Assembly (NCBI GenBank): GCA_040954595.2
Contig: CM082578.2
Location: 17,367,912 to 17,431,911, forward strand
DNA from: Balanoglossus misakiensis
Taxonomy: Eukaryota; Animalia; Hemichordata
Reading direction: 5' to 3'
DNA length: 64,000 nucleotides
Positions 62,888-64,000 of the stretch are shown in pieces (position 1 is the first letter of the stretch; every line of letters begins with the position of its first letter). The notes under the pieces are model-generated. The model was not told the DNA's origin. It did not search any database and saw only the letters and a list, made by a program, of their open reading frames with translations. The position numbers and the translations under genes are program-made.

Positions 62888-64000
62888 ATGGCAAGGTGTA
62901 GATACAGACAACTCACGCAAGCAAACGGTCTTTTTGTTTACGTGTTCCTTGTGTCATGCATGCTGATCAATCTCTCAGATGCAGAAACTTTAGAAGGCGG
63001 TGAGATGGAAGAATATAAAAGCAAAGACGTCAATTTACTTTTAGGTATGTCGTTTTTTACACTCAACATGTGCTTTTTGTTCCATTCAGACTGCTTTGAC
63101 ATCAATCCTGACATGGCCACACGAACCTAAAAGCTTTTAATAATGGACGAACCATCTATCCCATGCAGTATATTTCCCCGTTGTCCTGGAAACGTGTTGC
63201 TTTTTAAACATCGGTACTGCGTGTCGGAAAATATGAATCGATATCCCCGACAACGCGGAATCATGAAGACGAACACTGGAATTTGCAAATACGGGGCAAA
63301 ATTGCGGAGTAAGGCATCAGATAGATTCGACCCGACACACAGAGCAGTAAAACAAATCAGGCAGACATTACACCGACATGCCGGAAATATCAGGCCGACA
63401 CGAAACGACAATGCAATTAATGAACTCAATTTTACGATTGGTTGACAAACGATCTCTGTACTGCAGTGCCATGCTCTATGTTCGTCTCTAACATCGAATA
63501 ATGCATCTGGTTTCGATTTATATTCTTCTCCAAATCGACTCCTCGGAATCTTGTTGGAGATTCACATCACGAGTCCTAATGTATGGTAATAACACAATTA
63601 AAAATCAATCGAGTGTTCCCTGATAGTAATATTAACCAATGTAATTGCTAGAGGAATTCACTGAAATAACCTAAAGTAACTATTATCCCCGTGACTTCAA
63701 TCAATGTTTTAACCTCTTCGCCCGCAGATAATATCTCCCGGCTACGTTAAATGCACAGGGATAGCCGATCCTATTCCGACTGTTTTGAATAGTTTGCGTA
63801 TGGAAACGATTTGTGATGATAATGTTTACTGTTTAATCTTGTATTTGTCTTGGCTCGCAAGTCCCTGCACGTACGATGTCAGTGTTTAATTTAGATCGTG
63901 TTGGCTGTATACTAAAAAGAAATTCCGCGTTTGTTGTTTTTATTTCAGACACCCTTCTAGAAAAGCCCAACCCAGGTCTCGTTGACAACGAGATACCAAT
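62888..64000 (+). CDS. 5' part of an unidentified secreted/membrane protein gene (signal peptide exon plus start of the next exon)
   Basis: Strong acceptor (long pyrimidine tract, TTTTACAG| at 62850), ATG 62888, MARCRYRQLTQANGLFVYVFLVSCMLINLSDA|ETLEGGEMEEYKSKDVNLLL, phase-1 donor TAG|GTATGT at 63044. Acceptor TTTTATTTCAG| at 63948 continues in frame as DTLLEKPNPGLVDNEIP to the window end. Confidence 0.7.

Overview
Eukaryotic, AT-rich invertebrate (probably non-vertebrate deuterostome; inference) genomic DNA in two very different halves. Bases 1-~27140 are one tandem satellite family (87/88-bp monomer) arranged as layered subfamilies: A(minus, 1-~5446) | polarity switch at ~5487-5491 | B(plus, ~214 copies, to ~24080) | A(plus, to ~26436) | C (to ~26990) | two degenerate copies (to ~27140). 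The monomer has strong dyad symmetry and phased A/T tracts, the array shows nascent higher-order duplications (790 bp, 522 bp, 1827 bp), and it contains what appears to be PacBio barcode/adapter sequence at ~8566-8762, i.e. a local assembly artefact. All long ORFs in this half are repeat artefacts. Directly after the array come three spliced genes whose exons I could join in frame: HAUS7-like (minus, 10 exons, 373 aa), NDUFA12 (plus, 4 exons, 141 aa; head-to-head with HAUS7 with only 81 bp between ATGs) and DSTYK (minus, 10 exons, 935 aa). Bases ~45-62.8 kb are non-coding and CpG-retaining. The window ends in the first coding exons of an unidentified signal-peptide protein. No rRNA, tRNA or CRISPR array was recognised.
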